Assembly (NCBI GenBank): GCA_964627245.1
Contig: CAZVGS010000001.1
Span: 25,256 to 89,255, forward strand
Source of the DNA: an uncultured Gammaproteobacteria bacterium
GTDB lineage: Bacteria > Patescibacteriota > Microgenomatia > Levybacterales > GWA1-39-11
Reading direction: 5' to 3'
Length of the DNA: 64,000 nt
In this document: positions 1 to 8,554 of the stretch, one piece after another
Position numbering within the stretch: the first letter of the stretch is position 1
Layout: every line of letters starts with the position of its first letter
Made by a program: the position numbers and the translations under genes
Notes under the pieces: model-generated
Told to the model about the DNA's origin: nothing
Seen by the model: only the letters and a program-made list of their open reading frames with translations
The model's database searches: none

Positions 1-1559
1 CTCTCTTCACGCTGTTCAAATTCGGGTTTGCCTACTCCAAGGATCGAGAACAAGACTTCGGTTATGCCCTTAGCGTAAAAGAAATCTTTTTTCCGGTCTT
101 TGATAAGAAAGGCAAGGTGCTGAATTTCTTCAGGCAATCCATCAGCCTTTTTTTTATATATATTTGAAATCTCAAACAACATAATTTTCTCACGTATTTT
201 ATTCTGCTGCGCGACCTCGAAAAGACTTGGCAGGAGACTTTGCCTCATGTAAGCTTTGTCTTCCGTAAGAGGGTTTTTGATTTTGACGGCGCTTTCAATA
301 GGGCCATCAAACAATTCTTCAGGCACGAGCGAATAAGTATAAGTTTCGGCAAAACCCCAGTATTTGAATGCTTCTTTTACTTTCTGTGTCCAATAGAACT
401 CATTCCTATCCTGGTGATAAAATGCTTGTGAAGGAGAGGAAGGCAATGAGTTGGGTATTTTATGATAGCCGTAAATTCTTGCAATCTCCTCAACTATATC
501 TTCTTCAATTTCAATATCATTTAACCTTGCTGAAGGCACGGTTAGCATGAGAGTGTCACCTTTATCATCTACAGCAAATCCTAGAGCTTTTAGAATAGAA
601 AGAATTGTTTTTTTCTCAATTTCAATGCCGATAAGCCGGCTAATAGTCTGAATGTCAATCACTACTCTTTTCTCTTTTGGTTTGTTAGGATAAATATCAA
701 TTACCGGACTTATAACTTTTGCATCGGCATTCATTTCTAAAAGCTCAACTCCTCTTAACAAAGTCGGCATCATAAGCTCAGGGTCTACTCCTTTTTCGTT
801 CAAAACAGCCGCTTCCGTTCTTATGCCAAGGTTCATTGAGGTATTTCTAAGAAGGGATGTGTTATTGTTGTCTAGAAATAAAACAACACGTTTTGTATTG
901 TCGGTGACTACACTGTTTGCGGTACCCATGATCCCTAAAAGATCAATTATTTCTCCCTGTCCGTTGTCAGCAACTATATCATTCCCCGGGAGTGTGTGTT
1001 CTTTTTCATCTAGCGTTACAATGCGCTCTCCTTTTTTTGACTTTCTTATTATTAATGTGTGATCTTTAAGTCTGTCATAATCAAATACGTGCGAGGGGTG
1101 CCCTATTTCACGCATAATGTAATTTGTTACATCAACTACGCTGTTAATGCTTCTTATCCCTGTCTTTTCGAGTCTGTCAGAAATTAGCTTTGGTGACGGC
1201 TTGAGATTTACTTCAAGTACTACAGCAAGGATCCGGTTAACAAGTTCGGGATCGTTTTGTATATTAAGCAGACTGCTTTGATGAACAACTTCAAGTCCCG
1301 TTACCGTTTTTTTTCCTACATATACCGCGCTATACCCTGCAAGAGGTAAAACAGCCGCCGCCTCTTTTGCAATTCCCTGGATACTCATCAAATCAGGTCT
1401 ATTGGTAGTAACCTCGATATCAAAAACATAGTCATCGTCTACCTTCTCAACTCTTTCAATCGAAACACTCGCAAGACTCATGGCAGCAGCAAATTGCGTT
1501 GCAGTAGCGTTGGTTTTGAGATAGTCCTTAAGCCAGCTGTTTGGTATTAGAATGTTCAT
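1..1559 (-). CDS. pheT: Phenylalanine-tRNA ligase beta subunit, N-terminal part (3' end runs off window)
   Basis: Own translation of the minus strand from ATG at 1559 gives MNILIPNSWLKDYL..., a PheT-like N-terminus (established family). The frame stays open to position 1. It is not in the ORF track because no stop lies within the window. Classic position downstream of pheS. Confidence 0.85.
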   Translation of the reverse strand, partial: MNILIPNSWLKDYLKTNATATQFAAAMSLASVSIERVEKVDDDYVFDIEVTTNRPDLMSIQGIAKEAAAVLPLAGYSAVYVGKKTVTGLEVVHQSSLLNIQNDPELVNRILAVVLEVNLKPSPKLISDRLEKTGIRSINSVVDVTNYIMREIGHPSHVFDYDRLKDHTLIIRKSKKGERIVTLDEKEHTLPGNDIVADNGQGEIIDLLGIMGTANSVVTDNTKRVVLFLDNNNTSLLRNTSMNLGIRTEAAVLNEKGVDPELMMPTLLRGVELLEMNADAKVISPVIDIYPNKPKEKRVVIDIQTISRLIGIEIEKKTILSILKALGFAVDDKGDTLMLTVPSARLNDIEIEEDIVEEIARIYGYHKIPNSLPSSPSQAFYHQDRNEFYWTQKVKEAFKYWGFAETYTYSLVPEELFDGPIESAVKIKNPLTEDKAYMRQSLLPSLFEVAQQNKIREKIMLFEISNIYKKKADGLPEEIQHLAFLIKDRKKDFFYAKGITEVLFSILGVGKPEFEQREE

Positions 1560-1582
1560 AATCTATTAGTCATTAGTCATTG

Positions 1583-2650
1583 TTAGAACTGTTCCAAAAA
1601 AGAAAGATCATTTGTGTAAAGAGTTCTCAAGTCATCAATCTTAAGCCCCTCTTTCATCATAAGTACTCTTTCAACTCCCCAGCCAAAAGCAAAACCGGTA
1701 TACTTTTCCGGGTCAATTTTGCCGGATTTCAAAACATTAGGATGCACCATCCCGCTGCCTCCCATCTCAAGCCACCCTTCTTTGCAAAGCCTGCACCCGG
1801 ATCCGTTGCAGACACCGCATGTAACATCAATTTCAAAAGATGGTTCTGTGAATTGAAAGTGGTAGGGTCTTATTCTGAATGTTCTTTGCTCTCCAAAATA
1901 GGATTTTACAAAAAACTCAAGCACCCCTTTAAGATGAGATATATTTATTCCCTCCCCTACGACAAGCCCTTCAAATTGATGAAACATCTGCGTATGCGAC
2001 ACATCGGACTGCCTTCTGTAGCATTTTGCTATATTGAGCATTTTTATAGGAAGTTCTCCCTTAAGCATTTCTCTTACTTGGCCTGATGATGTATGAGGAG
2101 TGAGCAAAACAGGACCCAGCTTCTCGTCAGAAGGTGCATCAATGAAGAATGTCTCCCAATCATCCCTGGCCGGATGGTTTTCGGGGAAATTAAGAGCACC
2201 AAATGCATACCAGTCATATTCCACTTCAGGATAGCGCACTCGCAAAAAACCGATTTTCTCAAAAATCGATGTGATCTCCTCCATGGCCTGTGTTACCAAA
2301 TGCAAAGAACCTATAGGCGGTTTATTTCCGGGAAGTGTTACGTCAAAAAAAGTCTTTTGTCCGGATGACTGATTTGTCTTATGTTCCTGCTTAAAAAGCG
2401 GCTTTTTGAGCTCTTTTCTCCTGTCATTTATTTGCTCCTCAAGTGTTTTTTTTATTTCATTTGCGAGTTTTCCGATTTCTGCCCTTTCGTCCTCAGCTAA
2501 TTTAGGAAGCTCTTTCATGGCAATGGTCAGCTTTCCTTTTTTACCAAGGTAACTTAGGTAAATTTGCTCTATCTCATCTCCTTCTGATGAAAGAATTTGA
2601 GACATCGCCTCATTTTTGATTTGAATTAACCGTTCATCCATTTTTAGCAA
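1583..2650 (-). CDS. pheS: Phenylalanine-tRNA ligase alpha subunit
   Basis: 355 aa. Class II aaRS motifs are present (FPENHPARD, GLVVGEG, GFAFGWGVERV). Adjacent to pheT. Confidence 0.92.
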   Translation of the reverse strand: MLKMDERLIQIKNEAMSQILSSEGDEIEQIYLSYLGKKGKLTIAMKELPKLAEDERAEIGKLANEIKKTLEEQINDRRKELKKPLFKQEHKTNQSSGQKTFFDVTLPGNKPPIGSLHLVTQAMEEITSIFEKIGFLRVRYPEVEYDWYAFGALNFPENHPARDDWETFFIDAPSDEKLGPVLLTPHTSSGQVREMLKGELPIKMLNIAKCYRRQSDVSHTQMFHQFEGLVVGEGINISHLKGVLEFFVKSYFGEQRTFRIRPYHFQFTEPSFEIDVTCGVCNGSGCRLCKEGWLEMGGSGMVHPNVLKSGKIDPEKYTGFAFGWGVERVLMMKEGLKIDDLRTLYTNDLSFLEQF

Positions 2651-3086
2651 TAACTCCGCTTACTAACTCCAAGGTATCTTCAAGCGTTCTTAATTTTACA
2701 ATCTGATGCAGGCTGTACCACTTGGCGTCAGCCGTTTCCTCATCGGTTATTGTACTAATTGTACCAGATACAATTTCAGCTCTAAAGCCGTTAAGAATGT
2801 ATATTTTCCCGCGGTAGGGATGAGATAGAGTGTAAGGCTCGGCAGAAGTCAGTTTTACCTTAAAACCTGTCTCCTCGAATACCTCGCGAAGACACGCTTC
2901 TTGCAAAGTCTCCCCCTTTTCTACAGCACCGCCGGGAAGCTGCCAGCAAAGATGAATGGATTTGTCATGAGGTGCATTCCGCTGCGTTAAAAGAATTTTA
3001 TTATTTCTAATTATTACGCCTACTGCAACTTCCACAGTTTTTTTGTCCATATACAAAAAAAGCCTCCGGATTGGAGGCTTTGTCAA
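2634..3086 (-). CDS. NUDIX hydrolase (MutT-like)
   Basis: Nudix box GGAVEKGETLQEACLREVFEETGF (GX5EX7REUXEEXGU). The real start may be M13 (MDKKTVEV). Confidence 0.85.
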   Translation of the reverse strand: MTKPPIRRLFLYMDKKTVEVAVGVIIRNNKILLTQRNAPHDKSIHLCWQLPGGAVEKGETLQEACLREVFEETGFKVKLTSAEPYTLSHPYRGKIYILNGFRAEIVSGTISTITDEETADAKWYSLHQIVKLRTLEDTLELVSGVIAKNG

Positions 3087-3100
3087 AGATTTATCAAGCG

Positions 3101-3454
3101 TTATTTACCCTTGAAGGCCTCTTTGACAATATTACTAAAAACTTCCCTATTCTCGTTTATTAAATTTGCCATTATTTTTCTATCAAGTTCTATTTTCTGG
3201 TCTTTTAATGCTTTTATAAATCTATTGTAGGAGTACCCTTCTTCTTTAACCGCTTGTCCGATTCTGGTTATCCAAAGGCGCCTAAAATCCCTTTTCTTTC
3301 TTTTTCTCCCGTGGTAAGCGTACTGATCGGCATGTAAAACAGCCTCAGTCGCTGTTTTTATAAGTCTTGATCTTGTGCCCCTGTAACCCTTTGCAAGGTC
3401 AAAAATCTTGTTGTGTTTTTTACGGGATATTACTCCCCTTTTAACTCTTGACAT
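3101..3454 (-). CDS. rplT: 50S ribosomal protein L20
   Basis: MSRVKRGVISRKKHNKIFDLAKGYRG... is a typical L20 N-terminus. Start chosen at M7 of the tracked ORF. Confidence 0.93.
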   Translation of the reverse strand: MSRVKRGVISRKKHNKIFDLAKGYRGTRSRLIKTATEAVLHADQYAYHGRKRKKRDFRRLWITRIGQAVKEEGYSYNRFIKALKDQKIELDRKIMANLINENREVFSNIVKEAFKGK

Positions 3455-3537
3455 ATTATTTTTCAAAAGCAAGCTCTGCTTACTCTACTCATATTTCTTT
3501 TGCTATTGTCTTATAGCTATTGTCTTCTGTCTACTAT

Positions 3538-3735
3538 TTATGCTTCTCCAAGCAAATGCCTTATCTTCTTTGCAAATGCTCCTTCAACCTGCTTAATTTC
3601 TTTTTGAGCTCTTAAGGTCTTTTTAGACTTTTTTGATCTCAAATGGCTTCTCATCTGCGATCCCCTCAAAACTTTTCCGGTTTTGGTTACCTTAAATCTC
3701 CTCCTTACACTTCTTTTTATTTTAAGTTTGTACAT
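3538..3735 (-). CDS. rpmI: 50S ribosomal protein L35
   Basis: 65-aa basic protein MYKLKIKRSVRRRFKVTKTGK... in the conserved infC-rpmI-rplT context. Confidence 0.9.
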   Translation of the reverse strand: MYKLKIKRSVRRRFKVTKTGKVLRGSQMRSHLRSKKSKKTLRAQKEIKQVEGAFAKKIRHLLGEA

Positions 3736-3751
3736 ATCAATTTATATTTTC

Positions 3752-4285
3752 TTACTTATTCTTAGTAAGCATCATTACCATTTGTCTTCCTTCCATCCGG
3801 GCTTCCCGTTCTACTTTTGCCAGTTCACCCAGCTTTTCAAGTACCATATCAAGCTTGCCTCGTCCAATTTCCGTGTGTCCCATCTGTCTTCCGGTAAATC
3901 TTACCGAGAATTTAACTTTGTTGCCCTCTTCCAAAAACTCCTTCGCCTTTTTTAACTTTATGTCCAAATCGTGCTCTCCGATAAAAGGCCCAAATCTTAT
4001 CTGCTTTGTCTCAGAGCCCTTTACTCCTTTCTTCTCCTCCTGCTTTTTCTTTTTAAGCTGGTAAAGAAATTTTGAGTAATCGATGAGCTTTGCTACCGGC
4101 GGCTTTGCCAGCGGCGCTACTTCAACAAGATCAATTCCCAATTCTTCTGCTTTTGCAAGCGCTTCTTTTATAGGAAGAATTCCTATCATAGCTCCGCGGT
4201 CGTCCAAAACTCTTACCTCTGAGGCTCGGATTTGATAATTTTTCCTGTAAAAAACTTTTTGTCTGAACTTATTGTTTTGTCTCAA
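3752..4285 (-). CDS. infC: Translation initiation factor IF-3
   Basis: IRASEVRVLDDRG...IDLVEVAPLAKPPVAKLIDYSKF matches IF3 N- and C-domain signatures. The operon position also fits. Confidence 0.9.
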   Translation of the reverse strand: MRQNNKFRQKVFYRKNYQIRASEVRVLDDRGAMIGILPIKEALAKAEELGIDLVEVAPLAKPPVAKLIDYSKFLYQLKKKKQEEKKGVKGSETKQIRFGPFIGEHDLDIKLKKAKEFLEEGNKVKFSVRFTGRQMGHTEIGRGKLDMVLEKLGELAKVEREARMEGRQMVMMLTKNK

Positions 4286-5516
4286 TTTCTTTTTGAATTT
4301 GTTGTATAAACTTTTCTAATTCGACACTGCCAAGGTCTTTTCCGTCCCTCGCTCTTACAGAAACAAATTTAGATCCTTTCTTGGACTTTTCTTCTTCCTG
4401 ACCGCCTATTATACACATGTAGGGTACTTTTTGTAAAGTAGCCTCACGGATTTTTCCTCCAAGTGTGTCATTGGAAAAATTTCTCTCCACCCTTATGCCT
4501 GCATTTTTTAAGTCGGCAAAGACACTTTGGGCGTATTTTTCAAATTTTTCCGATACGGGAAGAACCGTCACCTGCACCGGTGCAAGCCAAACAGGAAAAG
4601 CGCCATTATAATGTTCGATTAGAAAAGCCATAACACGCTCAATAGCACCTATTGAGGATCTGTGAATTACAATGGGTTGTTCTAAAGTGCCTTTTTCGTT
4701 TATGTAAGTCAGATTAAATCTTTTAGGCATAACAAAGTCGTACTGTACTGTAAAAGCGGTATCTTCTTTACCGTTGGTGTTTTTCATTTGAACGTCAATC
4801 TTGGGGCCGTAAAAAGCTGCTTCATCTTCAGCCTCAACGAAATGAGCCTTTCTTTTCTTAAGAACTTTCCTAAGAGTTTCTTCAGCAGTATCCCAGGCTT
4901 TGTCGTCTTTGAAATACTTCTTGCTGTCCTTTCTATTTCCTAGTGACAAGCGGTAGTGATATTCCTTTCCTTGCTTAAGGTTAAAGACTCCGGCGATGTA
5001 CTCAATCAAATCCAAAACAGAATCAATTTCTCCTTCGGCGTTTTCCTTCTGGGTTATAATATGAGCATCTGCCAGGCAAAATGTCCTAACTCTTTGAAGA
5101 CCCATAAGCTCTCCCGACTGCTCAAATCTATAAAGCTTTGCAAGTTCAGCGTATCTTACGGGAAGTTCACGGTAAGAATGAGGGCGCGAAAGATATAGTT
5201 CAAAGTGATGGGGGCACGTCATTGGCCTGAGCATAAATTCCTCGTCCTCAATTGTAATAGGAGCATACATTGAGTCTTTGTAGTAGGGATAGTGTCCCGA
5301 TTTTTTGTAAAGCTCAAGCTTTGCTATATCGGGCGTATAAACATGCAAATAATCTCTTTTTAGCTCTTCATCCACAATAAATCTTTCAAGCTCCCGCCTT
5401 ATAGCAGAACCTTTGTGGGTAAATAAGGGAAGTCCCTTTCCAACGGTGTCTGAAAATGCAAAAAGCCCAAGCTCCCGCCCAAGTCTTTTGTGATCATTAG
5501 GTGCCAATTCATCCAT
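4269..5516 (-). CDS. thrS: Threonine-tRNA ligase, catalytic plus anticodon-binding domains only (no N-terminal TGS/editing region)
   Basis: 415 aa and begins at the DHKRLGRELGLF region, which lies just after the editing domain in full-length ThrRS. Class II motifs HIITQKEN and FYGPKIDVQ are present. A TATAAT sits 9 nt upstream of the ATG with no SD, so the mRNA is probably leaderless. Confidence 0.88.
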   Translation of the reverse strand: MDELAPNDHKRLGRELGLFAFSDTVGKGLPLFTHKGSAIRRELERFIVDEELKRDYLHVYTPDIAKLELYKKSGHYPYYKDSMYAPITIEDEEFMLRPMTCPHHFELYLSRPHSYRELPVRYAELAKLYRFEQSGELMGLQRVRTFCLADAHIITQKENAEGEIDSVLDLIEYIAGVFNLKQGKEYHYRLSLGNRKDSKKYFKDDKAWDTAEETLRKVLKKRKAHFVEAEDEAAFYGPKIDVQMKNTNGKEDTAFTVQYDFVMPKRFNLTYINEKGTLEQPIVIHRSSIGAIERVMAFLIEHYNGAFPVWLAPVQVTVLPVSEKFEKYAQSVFADLKNAGIRVERNFSNDTLGGKIREATLQKVPYMCIIGGQEEEKSKKGSKFVSVRARDGKDLGSVELEKFIQQIQKEIETKQ

Positions 5517-5570
5517 ATAGAATGTAAATTATACCTTAGTCAGCCTCAAATTGAAAGTCATGAAAATTTG

Positions 5571-5792
5571 TTAAAAAGGAAAAATTGAATTGTTCTTTGC
5601 AACATGTTCGCTGATCGAACTGACAAAATCACCGACAATTGGCACAAGATCAATTTTCGACAGGAAGTAAAGTAATATCCCGATGATAACGGCAGAACCG
5701 ACCCAAACCCCTAATGACCATACCACTCCGCCCAAAAAATTGTCCAAAAGCATTTTTCCCCGGGATCTGTATATTTTTTCATTAGGTTCCAT
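5571..5792 (-). CDS. Small hypothetical membrane protein (one TM)
   Basis: 73-aa ORF with a hydrophobic core VVWSLGVWVGSAVIIGILLYFL. No recognised family. Confidence 0.4.
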   Translation of the reverse strand: MEPNEKIYRSRGKMLLDNFLGGVVWSLGVWVGSAVIIGILLYFLSKIDLVPIVGDFVSSISEHVAKNNSIFPF

Positions 5793-5829
5793 ATTTACAT
5801 ATTATCCATTAAACTCATTCATAACAAGT

Positions 5830-6408
5830 CTAATTTTCAAAACCCAGATCAACTGCTATAGCCTGCATCGAAGCCAAAACAATCCCAACGAACTCTTTTA
5901 CTGTAAACCCAAGTTTTGGCTCACAAGCGGCAATTTGTGTTCTGTCAACGCTCTTTGCGAAAGACTGATCCTGCATTTTGGTAATTACCGTATCAACAGT
6001 AACCAGATTCAGCCTTTTTTCTCTTTGTTCAAGACCGCAGCTTATGATAAATCCAGTAAGCTCATCGCAGGAGTAAAGAGCCCAATCCATTGCAGAAACC
6101 GGTTGTTGTCCGGTGTAACGGTAGTTGTGGGATTTAATCGCATACATTATTTCTTTTGGTAAAATCTTGCCGAGTCTTTCTTCAAGGTAGAATGTATGCT
6201 TCTCGGGGGTTTTTCTTGTAATTTCATAGTCCGCGTCGTGAAGTAGACCTGTAATGCCCCAATATTCTTCATTGGCAAATTTTTTTGTGCGGGCAGTGTA
6301 AATCCTGCAAATTGCCCGCATTGCAGCCTCGACTGCCAAGTGGTGTCTTATCAGGTTGTTGGCTTTTGTATATAACTGAAGTGTCTGAAATGCCTCAAGC
6401 CGGGTCAT
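5830..6408 (-). CDS. HD-domain phosphohydrolase
   Basis: An H..HD motif (HHLAVE...GLLHDADY) is present. Start set at MTRLEAFQ, because the tracked N-terminal extension overlaps the tRNA-Val fragment repeat. Confidence 0.7.
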   Translation of the reverse strand: MTRLEAFQTLQLYTKANNLIRHHLAVEAAMRAICRIYTARTKKFANEEYWGITGLLHDADYEITRKTPEKHTFYLEERLGKILPKEIMYAIKSHNYRYTGQQPVSAMDWALYSCDELTGFIISCGLEQREKRLNLVTVDTVITKMQDQSFAKSVDRTQIAACEPKLGFTVKEFVGIVLASMQAIAVDLGFEN

Positions 6409-6452
6409 AATACTAGTATTTAGTATTATGACCCAAGTTTCAAGTGATTTTG

Positions 6453-6490
6453 TGGACCCGACAGAACTCGAAGTCTTAGACCTTTGCAAT
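6453..6490 (-). repeat. Partial duplicate of the 3' ~38 nt of tRNA-Val(GAC), a pseudo-tRNA fragment
   Basis: tgtggacccgacagaactcgaa is identical to 6567-6588. The next ~16 nt are near-identical and end in ...cctttgcaat. The 5' half of a tRNA is absent. Confidence 0.7.
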
Positions 6491-6568
6491 GTGATGCGCC
6501 GGTATGAAATAGCTAGTGCCCTTGGGGTACAACGCTCGCGTTGCCCTGTTTGAAAAAACTAACTGCTG

Positions 6569-6643
6569 TGGACCCGACAGAACTCGAATCTGTGACCTTT
6601 GCAATGTCAATGCAACGCTCTAACCAACTGAGCTACGGATCCA
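6569..6643 (-). tRNA. tRNA-Val (anticodon GAC)
   Basis: Reverse complement reads GGATCCGTAGCTCAGTTGGTTAGAGCGTTGCATTGACATTGCAAAGGTCACAGATTCGAGTTCTGTCGGGTCCA. Cloverleaf folded by hand. Anticodon loop TTGACAT. Confidence 0.85.
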
Positions 6644-6774
6644 TTTTTTAGATCCGCAAACTCTGTTTACGGATCCGCTTGCTTCGCAAGCATTTTCTAT
6701 AGACCATGTATTGTCAATATTTAGCTTGTGTATTATACAAATAAATCCAACCGGCAACAATGTTTTTACTCAAT

Positions 6775-7158
6775 TTAGCTTGCTGCATCTGCCAAGCCCT
6801 GCATCTCGTGATTTACTCCAATATTTTCAATTTTTTCGCTGCTGATTCTTAACGCTCCTCTGCCTTCCGGACAAGAAACAACGTTGTTTTGCATAACCAA
6901 ATTCTTGTTACATCCTTCTGATAGCGACAAAAGCGGGCATTGTGATCCAATAACGCTTCTCTCCCTCTCCTTTTTAACAGACATGCACACATTGACAACT
7001 TTTCCTTTCATAAGTTCTCTTGCGTCGCCAAGCGCTACCTGCATCATCAAGTATTTCTCATCCATTATAAGTTCAGGCAATTTTTCACTAGGATTTCTAT
7101 AAATTCCTCTGGGTTGTTTTCTTATATCTGCAAGACTATATCTATCTTTCTCATTCAT
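6775..7158 (-). CDS. Hypothetical protein, 127 aa, four Cys
   Basis: ORF with a strong SD (AAAGGAGGTAAAAAT-ATG). It is preceded by a leader terminator and a consensus promoter. No family recognised. Confidence 0.5.
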   Translation of the reverse strand: MNEKDRYSLADIRKQPRGIYRNPSEKLPELIMDEKYLMMQVALGDARELMKGKVVNVCMSVKKERERSVIGSQCPLLSLSEGCNKNLVMQNNVVSCPEGRGALRISSEKIENIGVNHEMQGLADAAS

Positions 7159-7188
7159 ATTTTTACCTCCTTTCTTTTAATTTCCCAC

Positions 7189-7233
7189 AAAAAAACCTCC
7201 GCTTAAGTGTTTGGAGTTCTCCAAACTGCGAAG
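7189..7233 (-). terminator. Intrinsic terminator/attenuator hairpin in the leader of the 6775-7158 ORF
   Basis: Minus-strand read: CCTTCGC-agTTTGGAGaaCTCCAAAcactta-GCGGAGG followed by TTTTTTT. It sits ~15 nt upstream of the SD. A second CCTTCGC...GCGGGGG pair lies upstream and could form alternative pairings. Confidence 0.6.
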
Positions 7234-7321
7234 GTCAAATTTGTAAAATTACAAAACCTAACCCCCGCTAAGCGAAGGTAAACCAATAAGTTCTAAATAG
7301 GTTCTGCAATTTCATTAAATA

Positions 7322-7350
7322 AATTTTAGTTCAATTTGTGCTTACTGTCA
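7322..7350 (-). promoter_or_regulatory. Sigma70-like promoter (TTGACA-17-TAAAAT) for the 6775-7158 ORF
   Basis: Minus-strand read: cccTTGACAgtaagcacaaattgaacTAAAATtta. Exact -35 box and 17-nt spacer. Confidence 0.55.
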
Positions 7351-7357
7351 AGGGTAT

Positions 7358-7597
7358 TTACTGCTTTCTTATTTCAATTGCTTGTTCTTTTGGCATCACT
7401 ATAGCCAATCTGGCATTTACATATTCTTCTAAAGCCGGCTCTCCCCAAGTAGACACAATTGCTTGACTTGAAACTTGAATTCCCCGCTGTGCCAATTCTG
7501 TTGCAGATCTCACTACAATGGCACTTCGTACAGAGTCACGGCAGTCCGGTGCAAACCTCATTTCAGCTGGACTAATATTTTTATACTGTTCTGACAT
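7358..7597 (-). CDS. Hypothetical protein, 79 aa
   Basis: ORF with a strong SD (GAAAGGAGGTAAAAT-ATG). It has the same leader module as the ORF at 6775-7158. Confidence 0.5.
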   Translation of the reverse strand: MSEQYKNISPAEMRFAPDCRDSVRSAIVVRSATELAQRGIQVSSQAIVSTWGEPALEEYVNARLAIVMPKEQAIEIRKQ

Positions 7598-7618
7598 ATT
7601 TTACCTCCTTTCTGCCAC

Positions 7619-7645
7619 AAAAAAACCTCCCGTTTGGGAGGTTAG
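7619..7645 (-). terminator. Intrinsic terminator/attenuator hairpin in the leader of the 7358-7597 ORF
   Basis: Minus-strand read: CCTAACCTCCCaaacGGGAGG followed by TTTTTTT, then GTGGCAGAAAGGAGGTAAAAT-ATG. Confidence 0.6.
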
Positions 7646-7734
7646 GCAATTTTCAACTACTTTCCCTCCACACTACTACACTCCGAGAAGGAGTACTCTA
7701 GTAATGTGTAGGTATTTTGATTTCATTTAGTATA

Positions 7735-7763
7735 TATTAATAAATTTTCCTTATTCCTGTCAA
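7735..7763 (-). promoter_or_regulatory. Sigma70-like promoter (TTGACA-17-TTAATA) for the 7358-7597 ORF
   Basis: Minus-strand read: ctgTTGACAggaataaggaaaatttaTTAATAtatact. Confidence 0.5.
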
Positions 7764-7822
7764 CAGTAAGCACCCCCCCATTGTCTATACTTGCCTAGTG
7801 TCTTTTATCTATTGCTACCAAT

Positions 7823-8497
7823 CTATCCCGCTTGAGTGGCAACGGATCTGTCGTGGTGCAATGTATAACTTGTGCCTCCCTTTTTTGCCATTGAATGGTA
7901 AGACTTTTCCTGCTTCCGGCTTCTAAATAACTTGGCATACACTACCCCGTCTTGCACCTTGTCCTTCATCTTCATAACTAGCTTCAAAAAACCTTCAAAG
8001 AAAGTTAAATGATAAATACCGGGTTTTTCAGGCGGAGTATCAATAGCTACATCCCTAAATACATTTTCCAGCTCATCAGAAGAGGTCTTCAGGTTACGCA
8101 GTTCTGCCAAAATTGACTCAAGCTGTCTTCTTATCACAATGCTTGTTTCATCTTCATTCTTGCCTTCGGTATTTCTTTTGAATTCCGAAAAATATGACAA
8201 ATGCTCAGAAGTTATCTTTACTTTTTCTGACTTTTCCTCCCTTTGGGCATGTTCTTCCGCTTTTTTACCTAGACTTACAGATTTCCCTGGAGTTAGCTCA
8301 AAGCCAAAAACCTGATTCAAGACAACGTTAAATTCACTCTTTGCCTCACTTGCCACAGCATCCTTTGCACTTTTTATTGCCTCAGTATTTATTATAGGAG
8401 TCTTTTTTGCTCCCTCAAAAACTTTCTTAATAATTTGGGAGGTATCATGCTGTCTTTCCTCTCCTGAATATTTTGATGTAGTACCCGCCTTTTTCAT
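7823..8497 (-). CDS. Hypothetical Lys/Glu-rich protein, 224 aa
   Basis: Long ORF with no recognised motif. Confidence 0.45.
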   Translation of the reverse strand: MKKAGTTSKYSGEERQHDTSQIIKKVFEGAKKTPIINTEAIKSAKDAVASEAKSEFNVVLNQVFGFELTPGKSVSLGKKAEEHAQREEKSEKVKITSEHLSYFSEFKRNTEGKNEDETSIVIRRQLESILAELRNLKTSSDELENVFRDVAIDTPPEKPGIYHLTFFEGFLKLVMKMKDKVQDGVVYAKLFRSRKQEKSYHSMAKKGGTSYTLHHDRSVATQAG

Positions 8498-8554
8498 AAA
8501 ATTACACTGAAATTATAGCACTTAGCTTCAAATTTGGCAATTGCCTGAGGAGAT

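Noticed and set aside
6451-6550. Possibility that the tRNA-Val 3' copy is a second, intron-containing tRNA
   Set aside because: I tried to fold the reverse complement. No 5' acceptor or D-arm complementary to CGGGTCC exists upstream. It is only a 3' fragment.
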